NCBI GenBank assembly: GCA_963827865.1
Contig: CAWHCO010000001.1
Location: 31,977 to 95,976 of the forward strand
Length of the DNA: 64,000 nucleotides
Direction: 5' to 3'
Source of the DNA: an uncultured bacterium
GTDB taxonomy: Bacteria > Actinomycetota > Acidimicrobiia > Spongiisociales > UBA4744
Below are positions 51,189 to 60,875 of the stretch, piece after piece. Numbering within the stretch: the first letter of the stretch is position 1; each line of letters opens with the position of its first letter. Position numbers and translations under genes: made by a program. The notes beneath the pieces are model-generated. The model was not told the origin of the DNA, made no database searches, and worked only from the letters and a program-made list of their open reading frames with translations.

Positions 51189-51364
51189 TCTCCACCCTTC
51201 TGCACATAGTTTCTGACGAACTCCTCTGCATTCTCTTCCAGAACCTCGTCGATCTCGTCAAGAAGACCGTCCAGATCACCGGTGTCGGCTTGCGGCGTCG
51301 CGGAGATATCCCGTTCCGGTGGGTGTTCTTCTTCGTGATGGGGTTTGCGAATCTGTTCTTTCAT
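51185..51364 (-). CDS. pup: prokaryotic ubiquitin-like protein Pup (GGE type)
   Basis: LLDEIDEVLEENAEEFVRNYVQKGGE; ATGA overlap with dop. Confidence 0.97.
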   Translation of the reverse strand: MKEQIRKPHHEEEHPPERDISATPQADTGDLDGLLDEIDEVLEENAEEFVRNYVQKGGE

Positions 51365-52845
51365 TCTTCTCTTCCTAGTGCGTTGATCAGCGATGTGACA
51401 TCGTCCGAGGCGTCGATCACGGTGGCGACTCGCTCGGCGTTGCCTCTCAGAGGGTCCATCATAGGCACTCGCTTGTATGTCGCTTCGCCCGTGTCGAAGA
51501 CCAACGAATCCCAGTTGGCGGACATGATTGAGGGTCCGAATTTCCGCACGCACCTACCGCGGAAGTATGCCCTCGTTCCGCGTGGTGGTTCCTGCAGCGC
51601 TGTCGAGACCTGCTGGTCATCGAAGAGCCGATCAATAGATCCTCTCGCCGCCAGACGGTCGTAGAGCCCTTTTGCCGGATCGACATCGTGATACTGAAGG
51701 TCGAGAGCCCGGATCCTCGCATGATCCCAGCCTATGTTCTCGCGGGCCTGGTACGCCTCCATGACGCGAAGCTTGGCCGTCCAGTCGAGACGGTCCGCGG
51801 TCCGTATGGGATCGACCTCCAGATCCTCGAGCACTCCTCGCCACAGGTCGAGGCACCCCTCGTCGGAACGGGACGATGCTTCCGCGTACTTGGTCAGCCA
51901 GTCGAGGTACTGCCATTGGAGCTCGAGCGCCGTGGCCGAGGACCCATCGGCGAGTCGAAGTCGGCGGCCGAGCCCAGGGTCGTGGCTGACCATCCACGTG
52001 GCCGACACGGGATCTTCGAGCTCCAGCCTGTCGGGCAGCGCTCGATCCTCGATGGCGGCAAGCAGCAGTGCCGTTGCTCCGAGCTTGAGGAAGGTTTGAG
52101 GTTCGGAGCGGTTTGCGTCTCCGATGATGACGTGAAGCCGGCGAAATCGATCTGGATCGCTGTGAGGCTCGTCACGTGTGTTGATGATCGGACGGCGGAT
52201 CGTGGTCTCGAGTCCGACGCGGGTTTCAAAGAAGTCGGCACGCTGAGTGATCTGGTATGGGACTGCGGGCCGGCCGTTCTCCGAGCCGACCTTGCCGGAA
52301 CCGGTGAAGATCTGCCGTGTCACGAGAAACGTGGTCAGGTAGTCGATGATGTCGGCGAACGGGACCGCACGGTCGATCAGGTAGTTCTCGTGAGCGCCGT
52401 ACGAGTTGCCTTTCCCGTCGCTGTTGTTCTTGTAGATCGATGCCGTCTCTCCCGGCGAAAGGAGACGCTGCGTGTCTCTGGCGGAACGGGCCAGAGCCAG
52501 CTCCCCTACCTTGTCGTACAGAGCAGCCTGGCGTGCCCCCAGACACTCGGGTGTCGAGTATTCGGGGTGAGCGTGGTCAACGTACAGACGGGCCCCGTTT
52601 GGGAGGAGTGCGTTGAGCGCTTCGGCATCAACATCGACAGGGACCGTGTAGCGTCTACCACGCGCATCCCGGCCCGGCGACTCCTCCGTGAGCGACCACC
52701 GGACAGGGATCCCGTCTGGCGACGACTGGACGACCAATCCCGATGAGAGCACCGCACTGTCTTGGGTACGTCCCTTGATGGTGATGCCAAACTCGGTTTC
52801 GGTACCGAGTACCGCGAGACCCTCGCTGTTGCGACCGGTACTCAT
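51361..52845 (-). CDS. dop: Pup deamidase/depupylase Dop
   Basis: GTETEFG, YVDHAHPEYSTPE, NNSDGKGNSYGAHENY, DLQYHD. Confidence 0.96.
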   Translation of the reverse strand: MSTGRNSEGLAVLGTETEFGITIKGRTQDSAVLSSGLVVQSSPDGIPVRWSLTEESPGRDARGRRYTVPVDVDAEALNALLPNGARLYVDHAHPEYSTPECLGARQAALYDKVGELALARSARDTQRLLSPGETASIYKNNSDGKGNSYGAHENYLIDRAVPFADIIDYLTTFLVTRQIFTGSGKVGSENGRPAVPYQITQRADFFETRVGLETTIRRPIINTRDEPHSDPDRFRRLHVIIGDANRSEPQTFLKLGATALLLAAIEDRALPDRLELEDPVSATWMVSHDPGLGRRLRLADGSSATALELQWQYLDWLTKYAEASSRSDEGCLDLWRGVLEDLEVDPIRTADRLDWTAKLRVMEAYQARENIGWDHARIRALDLQYHDVDPAKGLYDRLAARGSIDRLFDDQQVSTALQEPPRGTRAYFRGRCVRKFGPSIMSANWDSLVFDTGEATYKRVPMMDPLRGNAERVATVIDASDDVTSLINALGREE

Positions 52846-52852
52846 TCGAACC

Positions 52853-54547
52853 TCAGAGGTACTGGCCGGTTGTGACGGCTTCGATCTTCTTCGACTTGTC
52901 CTCGCCACGTACCAACGTCCGTACGTAGACGATACGCTCGCCCTTCTTGCCGGATACCTTCGCCCAGTCGTCCGGATTGGTCGTGTTGGGGAGATCCTCG
53001 TGTTCGGTGAACTCGCTTCGGATCGCCTCCAAGAGGTCTCCTGTCTGGACACCGTGGCTGCCACCGTCGATTTCGCGCTTGATGGCTTCCTTCTTCGCTC
53101 GACTGACGATGTTCTGGATCATCGCTCCGCTCGAGAAGTCCTTGAAGTAGAGCAACTCGCGGTCGCCGTTGGCGTAGGTCACCTCCAGGAACCTGTTCTC
53201 ATCGTCCTTCGAGTACATCCGCTCGACTGTCCGTTCGATCATCGACGTGACCACGGCGTCACGATCGCCTCCCAAGGCTTCCAGTTCATCTGCGTTGATT
53301 GGCACATCGCCCAGGTAGATGCGAAAGATCTGGCGAGCGGAGTCCTCGTCCGGTCGGTCGATCTTGATCTTCACATCGAGACGACCGGGTCGAAGGATCG
53401 CAGGATCGATCAGGTCCTCACGGTTCGAGGCGCCGATCACGATGACGTTCTTCAGGCTCTCGACGCCGTCCAGCTCGGAGAGCAGCTGAGGAACGACGGT
53501 CGATTCCATATCAGAGGAGACCCCAGTCCCTCTCGTTCGAAAGAGCGAGTCCATCTCATCGAAGAAGACGATGACCGGCACTCCCTGATCCGACTTCTCC
53601 TTGGCCCTGGAGAAGATCAGCCGGATCTGTCGCTCCGTCTCACCGACGTACTTGTTGAGCAACTCGGGGCCTTTGACGTTGAGGAAATACGATTTGACGT
53701 CTGCCTGTCCCGTCCGCTCAACGACAGCCTTGGCCAGGCTGTTTGCAACCGCCTTCGCTATGAGTGTCTTGCCACAGCCGGGCGGACCGTACAGCAGCAC
53801 GCCCTTTGGGGCCTCGAGCCCGTACTCCTCGAAGAGCTCCTTGTGGATGTAGGGGAGCTCGACGGCGTCGCGGATGGCTTCGATCTGGTCACGGAGCCCT
53901 CCCACCTGCTCGTACGTGACGTCGGGCACCTCCTCGAGGATCAGCTCCTGTATCTCGGGACGCTGCAGCTTCTCGAACACGAGCCCGGTTCTCCCGTCGA
54001 GGCGGACGGCGTCACCTGCCCGAAGGGACTCATCTACGAGTGGCTCGGCTATCTCCACTACCCGCTCCTCGTCGCCACGTCCGAGCACAAGCATCCGTTC
54101 GGCTTCGAGCCGTTCTTTCACGATGACGACTTCCCCAGCCAGTGGGAACTGTCGCACGTCGACGATGTTCATCGCTTCGTTGAGAAGCACGTCCTGGCCA
54201 CGAGCGAGTTGCTTCACCTCTATCGAGGGCTGCGCCGTGACTCGCAGTTTCCTGCCGCCGGTCATCACATCAACGGTGCCATCTTGATTGACCTGCACGA
54301 CGGTGCCGAATTGATTGGGCGGGGCTGAGAGCTTCTCGATCTCTTCTCGTAGGAGCGCGAGTTGTTCGCGGGCTTCCGTCAGCACCGAGGTGAGCCGGCT
54401 GTTCCTTGCAGCGGCGTCATCCAGCTGAACACGGACATCGGACAGCTGTCGTTCGAACGATTGAGCGCGATCGGCGCCCGTTCGCAGGTGTTCAACCTGC
54501 GCCTCAAGTTCCGCAATCGTCGCTTGGAGCCGGGCCACGTCGCTCAT
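52853..54547 (-). CDS. arc: proteasome ATPase ARC/Mpa
   Basis: Coiled coil, [24 protein letters not shown]-terminal GQYL. Confidence 0.97.
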   Translation of the reverse strand: MSDVARLQATIAELEAQVEHLRTGADRAQSFERQLSDVRVQLDDAAARNSRLTSVLTEAREQLALLREEIEKLSAPPNQFGTVVQVNQDGTVDVMTGGRKLRVTAQPSIEVKQLARGQDVLLNEAMNIVDVRQFPLAGEVVIVKERLEAERMLVLGRGDEERVVEIAEPLVDESLRAGDAVRLDGRTGLVFEKLQRPEIQELILEEVPDVTYEQVGGLRDQIEAIRDAVELPYIHKELFEEYGLEAPKGVLLYGPPGCGKTLIAKAVANSLAKAVVERTGQADVKSYFLNVKGPELLNKYVGETERQIRLIFSRAKEKSDQGVPVIVFFDEMDSLFRTRGTGVSSDMESTVVPQLLSELDGVESLKNVIVIGASNREDLIDPAILRPGRLDVKIKIDRPDEDSARQIFRIYLGDVPINADELEALGGDRDAVVTSMIERTVERMYSKDDENRFLEVTYANGDRELLYFKDFSSGAMIQNIVSRAKKEAIKREIDGGSHGVQTGDLLEAIRSEFTEHEDLPNTTNPDDWAKVSGKKGERIVYVRTLVRGEDKSKKIEAVTTGQYL

Positions 54548-54663
54548 GACCTCGCGCAGTATACGACCGGCCCGCTCTTGGCGGTGAAGTCGCAGCAAGT
54601 CCGAAGACCAGTATGTCCGAAGACCGGTATCATGCTCTTGTCCACGAAGGAGACTTCCGCACA

Positions 54664-54909
54664 ATGAAGGTTTGGATCGACCAGGATCTCTGCACGGGCG
54701 ACGGCCTCTGCGAGGAGATCGCGCCCGATGTGTTCGTCCTGCTGGACGACGGTCTGGCCTATGTCAAAGAAGGCGACAAGATCTTCGCCGCGTCTGAGGG
54801 CAATCCCGAGGGAGCTCAGGGTCTCGCCGTGGTACCCGACGGCCAAGAAGAGATGGTGATCGAGTCGGCCGAGGAGTGCCCCGGCGAGTGCATCTTCATC
54901 GAGCCATAA
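54664..54909 (+). CDS. single-cluster ferredoxin (CxxDxxC type)
   Basis: CTGDGLC...ECPGEC; AAGGAG SD. Confidence 0.92.
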   Translation: MKVWIDQDLCTGDGLCEEIAPDVFVLLDDGLAYVKEGDKIFAASEGNPEGAQGLAVVPDGQEEMVIESAEECPGECIFIEP

Positions 54910-54942
54910 CGGTCATGTGATCGAGACCCGGTCGGGGTCCCC

Positions 54943-55713
54943 TCAACGTGTTCGACGTCCGACGACGATGAACCCGGTATGACCAACCATGCGATGATCT
55001 GGACGAACCGACCTCCCTTCCACGTTCCACGACCGATGCAGCGTCTCGAACGTCTCGATCATCTGGTAGGCCCCGGTCGTTCGCATCGTCGCAACCAGTG
55101 TCTGCACCTGCGGGACGGTCGGTAGGTACGCGACGAATACACCACCGGGCTGCAAGCCACCGCCGTCCTCGGCGACATGCCACGGTTCAGGGAGATCGAG
55201 CACGATCCGAGTCGGCGACACGGACGCCCCGAGGTCTTCGATGGTGCCTATGCGCAGGTCCAGGTTCTTCGGGATCGCCCCAAAGAACGCGTCGATGGTC
55301 CTCCGGGCATGCGCGGCGTGGTCCTCGCGTGCTTCGACACTGACGACCCTCCCGTTCGCACCCACGGCCCTCGACAGCGCGATCGTGAGGGCGCCAGATC
55401 CGGTGCCTGCTTCGAGCACCGTCTCACCGGGAGCGATGTCCCCGTAGATGAGAATCGGCCCGACATCCTTCGGGTACACGACCTGCGCCCCGCGCCGCAT
55501 CTTGAGGACGTAGTCGACGTAGCGGGGACGAATCGCCAGCAACCGGCTGCCGCTCCTCGTGGCGACCAGGGTTCCTTCCTGGGCACCGATCAACTCGTCG
55601 TGCGACAACGCTCCGAGATGGGAATGGAACTCACCCCCTTCTCTGAGAGTCACCAGGTACCTGCGCCCCCGGAGGTCCACGAGTAGACAGTGATCGCCCG
55701 AAGCGAAGGTCAT
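54943..55713 (-). CDS. trmI: tRNA (adenine58-N1)-methyltransferase
   Basis: MRRGAQVVYPKD, EAGTGSGAL, LDLPEPW, RPDHRMVGHTGF. Confidence 0.95.
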   Translation of the reverse strand: MTFASGDHCLLVDLRGRRYLVTLREGGEFHSHLGALSHDELIGAQEGTLVATRSGSRLLAIRPRYVDYVLKMRRGAQVVYPKDVGPILIYGDIAPGETVLEAGTGSGALTIALSRAVGANGRVVSVEAREDHAAHARRTIDAFFGAIPKNLDLRIGTIEDLGASVSPTRIVLDLPEPWHVAEDGGGLQPGGVFVAYLPTVPQVQTLVATMRTTGAYQMIETFETLHRSWNVEGRSVRPDHRMVGHTGFIVVGRRTR

Positions 55714-56597
55714 TGTCGAGTCGCTCGCTCTTGCAGCCTGCAGAAGGCGCAGGTCGTGGCGGTGGTCGGTCGCCCACACGACTCGCACGATGGAAGGACC
55801 GGGGTCGGGGCGTGGAAGCTGTCGACGTTGTAGAAGCCACCGAGGAAGTGCTGGGTGACCCCTGGGGATCGGTGTTCGAGCAACGCCATCCATTCCTTCA
55901 TCCGGTTGACGGTGTTGCCGGCAACCAACGGACACTCGTCGACTTCGTAGTCGATGCCCGAGAGGACGGCATATGCCGCTGTCTCCCGTTCGGCCACTCG
56001 GACCAGGGGCTTCACCTTCTTGACCAGGCCATCAGAGGCCGGAAGGACCGCTCTTTGTCTGGCAAGGTACTCGATGTTCCAGTTGAGCACGTTGGAGAAC
56101 AGCGTCGCCGCCTCGTCGTCCAGGTTGTGGCCCATCACGAGGGCGTCGTAGCCGCCCTTCACTGCCTCCTCGTTCAGGACGTACCGCTTGGATAGGCCGC
56201 ACGCAGAGCACGGACTTCGTCTCGTCGATTCCGCCGCTTGCGGAATCGTGAAGCCGTACCGGTCGTGGAGGTCGACCACCCGAAGGATCAGGTCTCGTTC
56301 CTTCACGAACCGTTCGATGAACTCGCGACTCTCGATCGAGTAGCCGTCGATGCCAAGGTCGAGGTAGATGCCCTCACAGCGATAGCCGAGCCGGTGCAGG
56401 ACGTCCCAGAGTGCCAGGCTGTCCTTCCCGCCCGACACGCCGATGACCAGGCGATCCGCGTGGCCGAACATGTCGAACTCGTGGATGGTCCGCTCCACCT
56501 GTCGCACCACATGGTCGATGAAGTGGTCGCGACAGAATGCCGCGTTGTGGCGTCGCACCTCGACGGCGGCCCTCTCCCTGCAGACCCGGCAGTGCAT
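55710..56597 (-). CDS. ttuA: tRNA 2-thiolation protein, TtuA/Ncs6-type
   Basis: N-terminal CRVC..C..H Zn finger, SGGKDS PP-loop, CSAC, GHNLDDE, ECP, C-terminal CESC..CAFC. Confidence 0.85.
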   Translation of the reverse strand: MHCRVCRERAAVEVRRHNAAFCRDHFIDHVVRQVERTIHEFDMFGHADRLVIGVSGGKDSLALWDVLHRLGYRCEGIYLDLGIDGYSIESREFIERFVKERDLILRVVDLHDRYGFTIPQAAESTRRSPCSACGLSKRYVLNEEAVKGGYDALVMGHNLDDEAATLFSNVLNWNIEYLARQRAVLPASDGLVKKVKPLVRVAERETAAYAVLSGIDYEVDECPLVAGNTVNRMKEWMALLEHRSPGVTQHFLGGFYNVDSFHAPTPVLPSCESCGRPTTATTCAFCRLQERATRQ

Positions 56598-56791
56598 CAG
56601 CCCCCCGAAATCACGGGACGTACCTCGACCGTATCGTCTCGTCCGAGCGTTGTGTCTCGGGTCAGGAGGTCTGATCCTCGGATGACCAGCACCGTCTCCG
56701 GCACGATGTCCAGTGCTTTCAACATCCTGTCGACACTGATGGGGGCGTCGATCGTCACCTCTCGTCGGGGATGCCGAAGGATGACGTTCAT
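56597..56791 (-). CDS. ThiS/MoaD-family ubiquitin-like sulfur carrier (TtuB-like)
   Basis: 64 aa ending ISGG, abutting ttuA. Confidence 0.88.
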   Translation of the reverse strand: MNVILRHPRREVTIDAPISVDRMLKALDIVPETVLVIRGSDLLTRDTTLGRDDTVEVRPVISGG

Positions 56792-56889
56792 GACGAGAAG
56801 ACCAGCGCTACGACGCCGAGAGCAAGGGACAGCACCATTCCGAGCACGATGACCCAGACGATGACCTTCTTCATCGTTTCGTTCTGCAT
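56788..56889 (-). CDS. small membrane peptide
   Basis: MQNETMKKVIVWVIVLGMVLSLALGVVALVFSS; its stop overlaps the TtuB-like ATG. Confidence 0.5.
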   Translation of the reverse strand: MQNETMKKVIVWVIVLGMVLSLALGVVALVFSS

Positions 56890-56921
56890 GGCAGGTACTT
56901 TAGGGGCCCGCTTCGCCCACC

Positions 56922-57022
56922 AGTTCTGAGTTCTGGTATTCGGGTTGTCGGTAGGAACGCGGCATTCGACGCCGAGAGACCTCCGGGCGAGTGGCTCTAC
57001 CCAGAACTCACAACCCACGACG
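56922..57022. repeat. heptamer-periodic inverted array
   Basis: agttctg-agttctg-gtattcg-ggttgtc ... cagaact-cacaacc-cacgacg; tgagttctgg/ccagaactca is a perfect 10-bp IR. Confidence 0.55.
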
Positions 57023-57057
57023 TCGAGCAGAGCTCGACCTGCCGCTACCCTGATCAC

Positions 57058-57252
57058 ATGCAGCTCGGCGGATCCGGAGTGAAGAGCCTGTTTCGGGGCT
57101 TGCGAACGGGCGACGCGAAGCTCGTGCTGATTGGTGCGGCGGTGTTGGTGTTCGGATTCCTCCGCAAACCCCGACCGTCTCAGGTCGTCTACCAGCGGCG
57201 TTTGAAGCCCGGCGAGACGATTCGTATCGGGTTCGAAGATCAGGACCGGTAG
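57058..57252 (+). CDS. small membrane protein
   Basis: One TM segment; TACCCT -10 six nt before ATG. Confidence 0.55.
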   Translation: MQLGGSGVKSLFRGLRTGDAKLVLIGAAVLVFGFLRKPRPSQVVYQRRLKPGETIRIGFEDQDR

Positions 57253-57431
57253 ACCTTCACGATTGCCCTGGCCTGCTTGCCTCGTCGCCTTCCGATCAGA
57301 AACGCGATGCCGATGACTGCTATCACCGCGAGTGCGATCAGCACACCCTTGTCCTGAACGCTCTCTTTCGTCTCCATGAGCGACTGCTCAATCTCACGTG
57401 CCTTGGCTTCGATGTCGGCCCGTTCCACCAT
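57240..57431 (-). CDS. small tail-anchored membrane protein (DUF3618-like)
   Basis: ADIEAKAREI helix + TM + GRRRG; coupled to the holin-like gene. Confidence 0.7.
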   Translation of the reverse strand: MVERADIEAKAREIEQSLMETKESVQDKGVLIALAVIAVIGIAFLIGRRRGKQARAIVKVYRS

Positions 57432-57724
57432 CAGCGACTAGCCCTCCACATGATCAGGCCGGCCAAACCGGCAAGCACGACGAACGAGAGAAACACGCCG
57501 AGCGCGCTCCACAGCTCTCCTTCCGGGAGTACGCGAACGACAAGTCGCATGCCGGCGACCGACAGCAACAGCGCACCGATCGAAAACAGCACCGACGCCG
57601 CTAGCCCCATGCCGAACACGCGTCCGAGCTTCTTCGCCGGCTCGACGGTCTCCTGGCGCAGATACTCCTTGGAGAGATCGATCAGCTCGCCGACCTGCTC
57701 CGGCAACTCGCGTAGATCACCCAT
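57431..57724 (-). CDS. actinobacterial holin-like membrane protein
   Basis: ELIDLSKEYLRQETVEPAKKLGR + two TM helices. Confidence 0.75.
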   Translation of the reverse strand: MGDLRELPEQVGELIDLSKEYLRQETVEPAKKLGRVFGMGLAASVLFSIGALLLSVAGMRLVVRVLPEGELWSALGVFLSFVVLAGLAGLIMWRASR

Positions 57725-57821
57725 GACACCGTGGAGGCTACCCGAGCGCAGAACACATCGGCGAATTACGCTCGAAGAGGTCCTATGAAATCCTTGCCAG
57801 CACACGGCTAGGCTACCCGCC

Positions 57822-59051
57822 GTGAGCCACGGCACCCATCGGCGCGCACGCCCCCTTCGCAACTTCTCCGTCGTGTGGGTCGGCCAGTCGATCTCATTCC
57901 TTGGCGACTATGTCGCCTACTTCACCGTTCCCTACTTCCTCACGTCCCTCACCGTGCGCGCGTTCGACTTCGGGCTTCTTTCGGCCGCTGAGAACATCCC
58001 GACTCTCGTGTTCGGATTCCTCGGCGGCACACTGCTCGACCGGTACCGCCTGCGACCTCTTCTCATCCTCAACGAACTGCTTCGTGCCACGGCGTTCATC
58101 GTGCTGGCGATCGTCTCCCGCACCTCCGGGATCACCCCACTTGGCCTGTTCGCACTTGCCTTCATCTCCGGGAGCCTCGCCGCCTCGTTCAATGCGTCGC
58201 TCCAAGCCTTCATCCCATCCCTCGCCGCGGGTACGTCCCTGGCCAGAGCGAACAGTCGCCTGTCGCTCTCCCAGCAGGTGGCGTTCCTCGTTGGGCCACT
58301 GATCGGCGGGTTCATCATCAAGGAGGCCGGGTTCCCATCGGCATTCGCGTTCAACGCCCTCACGTTCCTCGTGTCGGCGGTGTCATTCACACTGCTGGCG
58401 CGGGTTCCGTCGCGGAAGCTCGAAACGAACGGTCACTTCATGGAGAAGCTCAAGGAGGGGTGGCAGCACCTTTGGCACGAGCCACGAATTCGCCTCACGA
58501 CACTGGGAGGCGGACTCGCCAACTTGATCACGGGAGGGTTCATCGAGGCAACCCTCGTCCTCATCGGCGCGGAGATCCTGGGGACCAACGACCCGGCCAA
58601 ACTCGGGCTCTTCTTCGTCGGTATGGGTGCCGGCGGGATCATTGGCGCCATCACCGCATCGAAGGTCATCGACCTTGTCGGTCTCGGACGCAGCTATGTA
58701 TTCGGATTCGCGGTACTCGGCATCGGCATCTTTGGTCTCACGTGGTCGAGGAGTCTCCTCATCGTGACCAGCGTGCTCGCGATCGCGTTCACCGGCCTCG
58801 TCTGGGCCAACGTGAGTCTGCTTACCATGCGCCAGCTCTACACGCCCCCGCATCTCCTCGGCCGGGTCAGCGCCGCAGGCCGGAGCCTTGCGTGGAGCAC
58901 CGTCCCGTTCGGAGCGCTGTTCGGGACGGCGCTGGCGGACCGGGTCGGCCTGTTGAAGATCGTTCGGTTCGGTCCGATATTGATCGTGTTGTTCGCCGTC
59001 TACCTCGCATTCACGGTCGTGTGGAAGGCACAGAACACCCCCGAGTACTGA
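57822..59051 (+). CDS. MFS transporter
   Basis: About 12 TM, GTLLDR motif A, P.HLLGRV. Confidence 0.9.
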   Translation: MSHGTHRRARPLRNFSVVWVGQSISFLGDYVAYFTVPYFLTSLTVRAFDFGLLSAAENIPTLVFGFLGGTLLDRYRLRPLLILNELLRATAFIVLAIVSRTSGITPLGLFALAFISGSLAASFNASLQAFIPSLAAGTSLARANSRLSLSQQVAFLVGPLIGGFIIKEAGFPSAFAFNALTFLVSAVSFTLLARVPSRKLETNGHFMEKLKEGWQHLWHEPRIRLTTLGGGLANLITGGFIEATLVLIGAEILGTNDPAKLGLFFVGMGAGGIIGAITASKVIDLVGLGRSYVFGFAVLGIGIFGLTWSRSLLIVTSVLAIAFTGLVWANVSLLTMRQLYTPPHLLGRVSAAGRSLAWSTVPFGALFGTALADRVGLLKIVRFGPILIVLFAVYLAFTVVWKAQNTPEY

Positions 59052-59076
59052 CACTCGGGCCGCTAGTCTCCCGTCG

Positions 59077-59979
59077 ATGCGGAGACCGACCGTCCTATCT
59101 ACCGCTCCTGGCACGAGGCTCGCCGCCTACTCGGTCATCGACTGGGGCCTCCTCGCCAGCATCTCACTCATCTGGGGATCATCGTTCCTGCTGATCGCCC
59201 TCGGTCTGGAGGCCTTCCCGCCTCCCGTCGTCACCTCCTTGCGTCTGCTGATCGGAGCTGCAACCCTCGCACTCGTTCCCGCGTCACGACGTCCTGTCGA
59301 TCGAGCCGATCTGCCTCGAATTGCGCTTCTGGGTGTGGTGTGGATGGCATTCCCGATGTTGATGTTCCCGATCGCAGAGCAATGGATCTCTTCTTCGCTG
59401 GCTGGGATGCTGAACGGTTCGATGCCGATCTTCTCCGCGGTGATCGCGGCCTTCTTGCTTCGAAGGACCCCCGCCCGGCCCCAGATGCTGGGCCTGCTCC
59501 TCGGTCTCGCCGGCATCGTGGCGATCAGCCTCCCCACCGTCGAAGGTGCTGCCTCCATCGTGCACGGCACGCTGATGGTATTGGCCGCGGCGATCTCCTA
59601 CGGGCTCGCCGTGAACCTGGCAGTGCCGCTCCAGCAGCGCTACGGGGCGTTCCCCGTCGTGTTCCGAGCGCAGCTGGCAGCGATCGTGATCGTCACTCCG
59701 ATCGGCCTCACCCAGCTCTCTGGAGCCACGTTCGCGTGGGGCTCGTTCGCGGCAGTCGCAGCACTTGGGGTGTTCGGTACGGGAGTCGCACAGCTTGCGA
59801 TGTCCGTGCTCGCAGGACGGGTGGGCGCGACCAGGGCCTCTATCGCCATCTACTTCCTGCCAGTTGTCGCGATCCTTCTCGGCGTACTCCTCCACGGCGA
59901 GCACGTGGCCGGGCTGTCAATCGTCGGCACCACCATGGTGTTGAGCGGCGCGCTTCTCGCTTCGAGGGCCGAGCGCTAG
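59077..59979 (+). CDS. DMT/EamA family transporter
   Basis: IWGSSF, two EamA repeats, PVVAILLG..GE. Confidence 0.9.
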   Translation: MRRPTVLSTAPGTRLAAYSVIDWGLLASISLIWGSSFLLIALGLEAFPPPVVTSLRLLIGAATLALVPASRRPVDRADLPRIALLGVVWMAFPMLMFPIAEQWISSSLAGMLNGSMPIFSAVIAAFLLRRTPARPQMLGLLLGLAGIVAISLPTVEGAASIVHGTLMVLAAAISYGLAVNLAVPLQQRYGAFPVVFRAQLAAIVIVTPIGLTQLSGATFAWGSFAAVAALGVFGTGVAQLAMSVLAGRVGATRASIAIYFLPVVAILLGVLLHGEHVAGLSIVGTTMVLSGALLASRAER

Positions 59980-60027
59980 CTGTTCTCCGTTTGCCGTTGG
60001 CTGTTTGCTCTTGGCTGTCAGCTTTCG
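59979..60027. repeat. heptamer tandem array
   Basis: gctgttc-tccgttt-gccgttg-gctgttt-gctcttg-gctgtca-gctttcg. Confidence 0.6.
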
Positions 60028-60314
60028 GTCGGCCAGCGGAGCCGGTTGTCCGGGTAGAGCCCCTTCCGATACAGGTAGATCCCAAGGATCAGAAGCGGAA
60101 TGTCCATCGTCACGGTGGTCGCAACCCGGCCCAGTGCCCACTTCGCACACTGGGCCCGGCCCCCCGGAGTCATAGGGACGGAGTCGAGGTGACCGTCGAG
60201 GATCCCGATCGTGGACCCGCATGACTGGTCGTACACGTGAACGGGCCACAGCAACATGCCGATGGTGAGCAGGGCAGCGATCACCAGGATGACAAAGCCG
60301 GATGTCCGGTACAC
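60018..60314 (-). CDS. small 2-TM protein with Cys pair (paralog B)
   Basis: MYRTSG, LWPV, CGSTIGIL, RAQC. Confidence 0.7.
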   Translation of the reverse strand: MYRTSGFVILVIAALLTIGMLLWPVHVYDQSCGSTIGILDGHLDSVPMTPGGRAQCAKWALGRVATTVTMDIPLLILGIYLYRKGLYPDNRLRWPTES

Positions 60315-60362
60315 GCCGCAAGTGTACTGGGGCTTCCTTCCGGTACCGGGCTTCGCTCCGGG

Positions 60363-60686
60363 CTACGCGCGAAGTGGGTAGTACGGACGGGGCCCACGGA
60401 GAACGCCATAGACTCCAAAAAGCAGGAGCGGCCCCACGAGCACCACCACGTAGACGACACGGCCCCGGGCCCGTTTGGTGCATTCGCTTCGCTCGCCGGG
60501 TCTCTCTACGGCAGGGTCGAACCGGTCGGCCAGGATCCCGATCGCCGATCCACAAGGCAGATAGATCTTGCGGACCTCTTCTGTCCCGATTGAGTACCCG
60601 GTGAAGTAGCGAACCGGTAGCCAGAGCAGAAATAGTGCGAAAACGACTCCGAGGAGCAGAAGAACGATGCCGGTTCGCCGATACAC
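60363..60686 (-). CDS. small 2-TM protein with Cys pair (paralog A)
   Basis: MYRRTG, WLPV, CGSAIGIL, RSEC. Confidence 0.7.
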   Translation of the reverse strand: MYRRTGIVLLLLGVVFALFLLWLPVRYFTGYSIGTEEVRKIYLPCGSAIGILADRFDPAVERPGERSECTKRARGRVVYVVVLVGPLLLFGVYGVLRGPRPYYPLRA

Positions 60687-60695
60687 GCCGCAAGG

Positions 60696-60875
60696 CTAAA
60701 CGGACCGGACCTCTGGTGTCTCGTCCTCGACGAACGCGTCCGAAACCCCGCCAACGATCTCTTGCCACATGAGGTCGGACGCGCAACTGGGGCACAGGAA
60801 CGTCTTACGCCCTCTCTTCACCAGTGCAGGGGCGGCGCGACAGCGGGTGCACCTTAATGTCAGCCCTCGTTCCAT
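60696..60875 (-). CDS. small zinc-finger protein
   Basis: CTRC...LCPSC; start uncertain (60875 or 60923). Confidence 0.55.
   Translation of the reverse strand: MERGLTLRCTRCRAAPALVKRGRKTFLCPSCASDLMWQEIVGGVSDAFVEDETPEVRSV

Noticed and set aside
57240-57724. Prophage suggested by the holin-like gene
   Set aside because: No phage genes nearby; this family is a common chromosomal actinobacterial membrane protein
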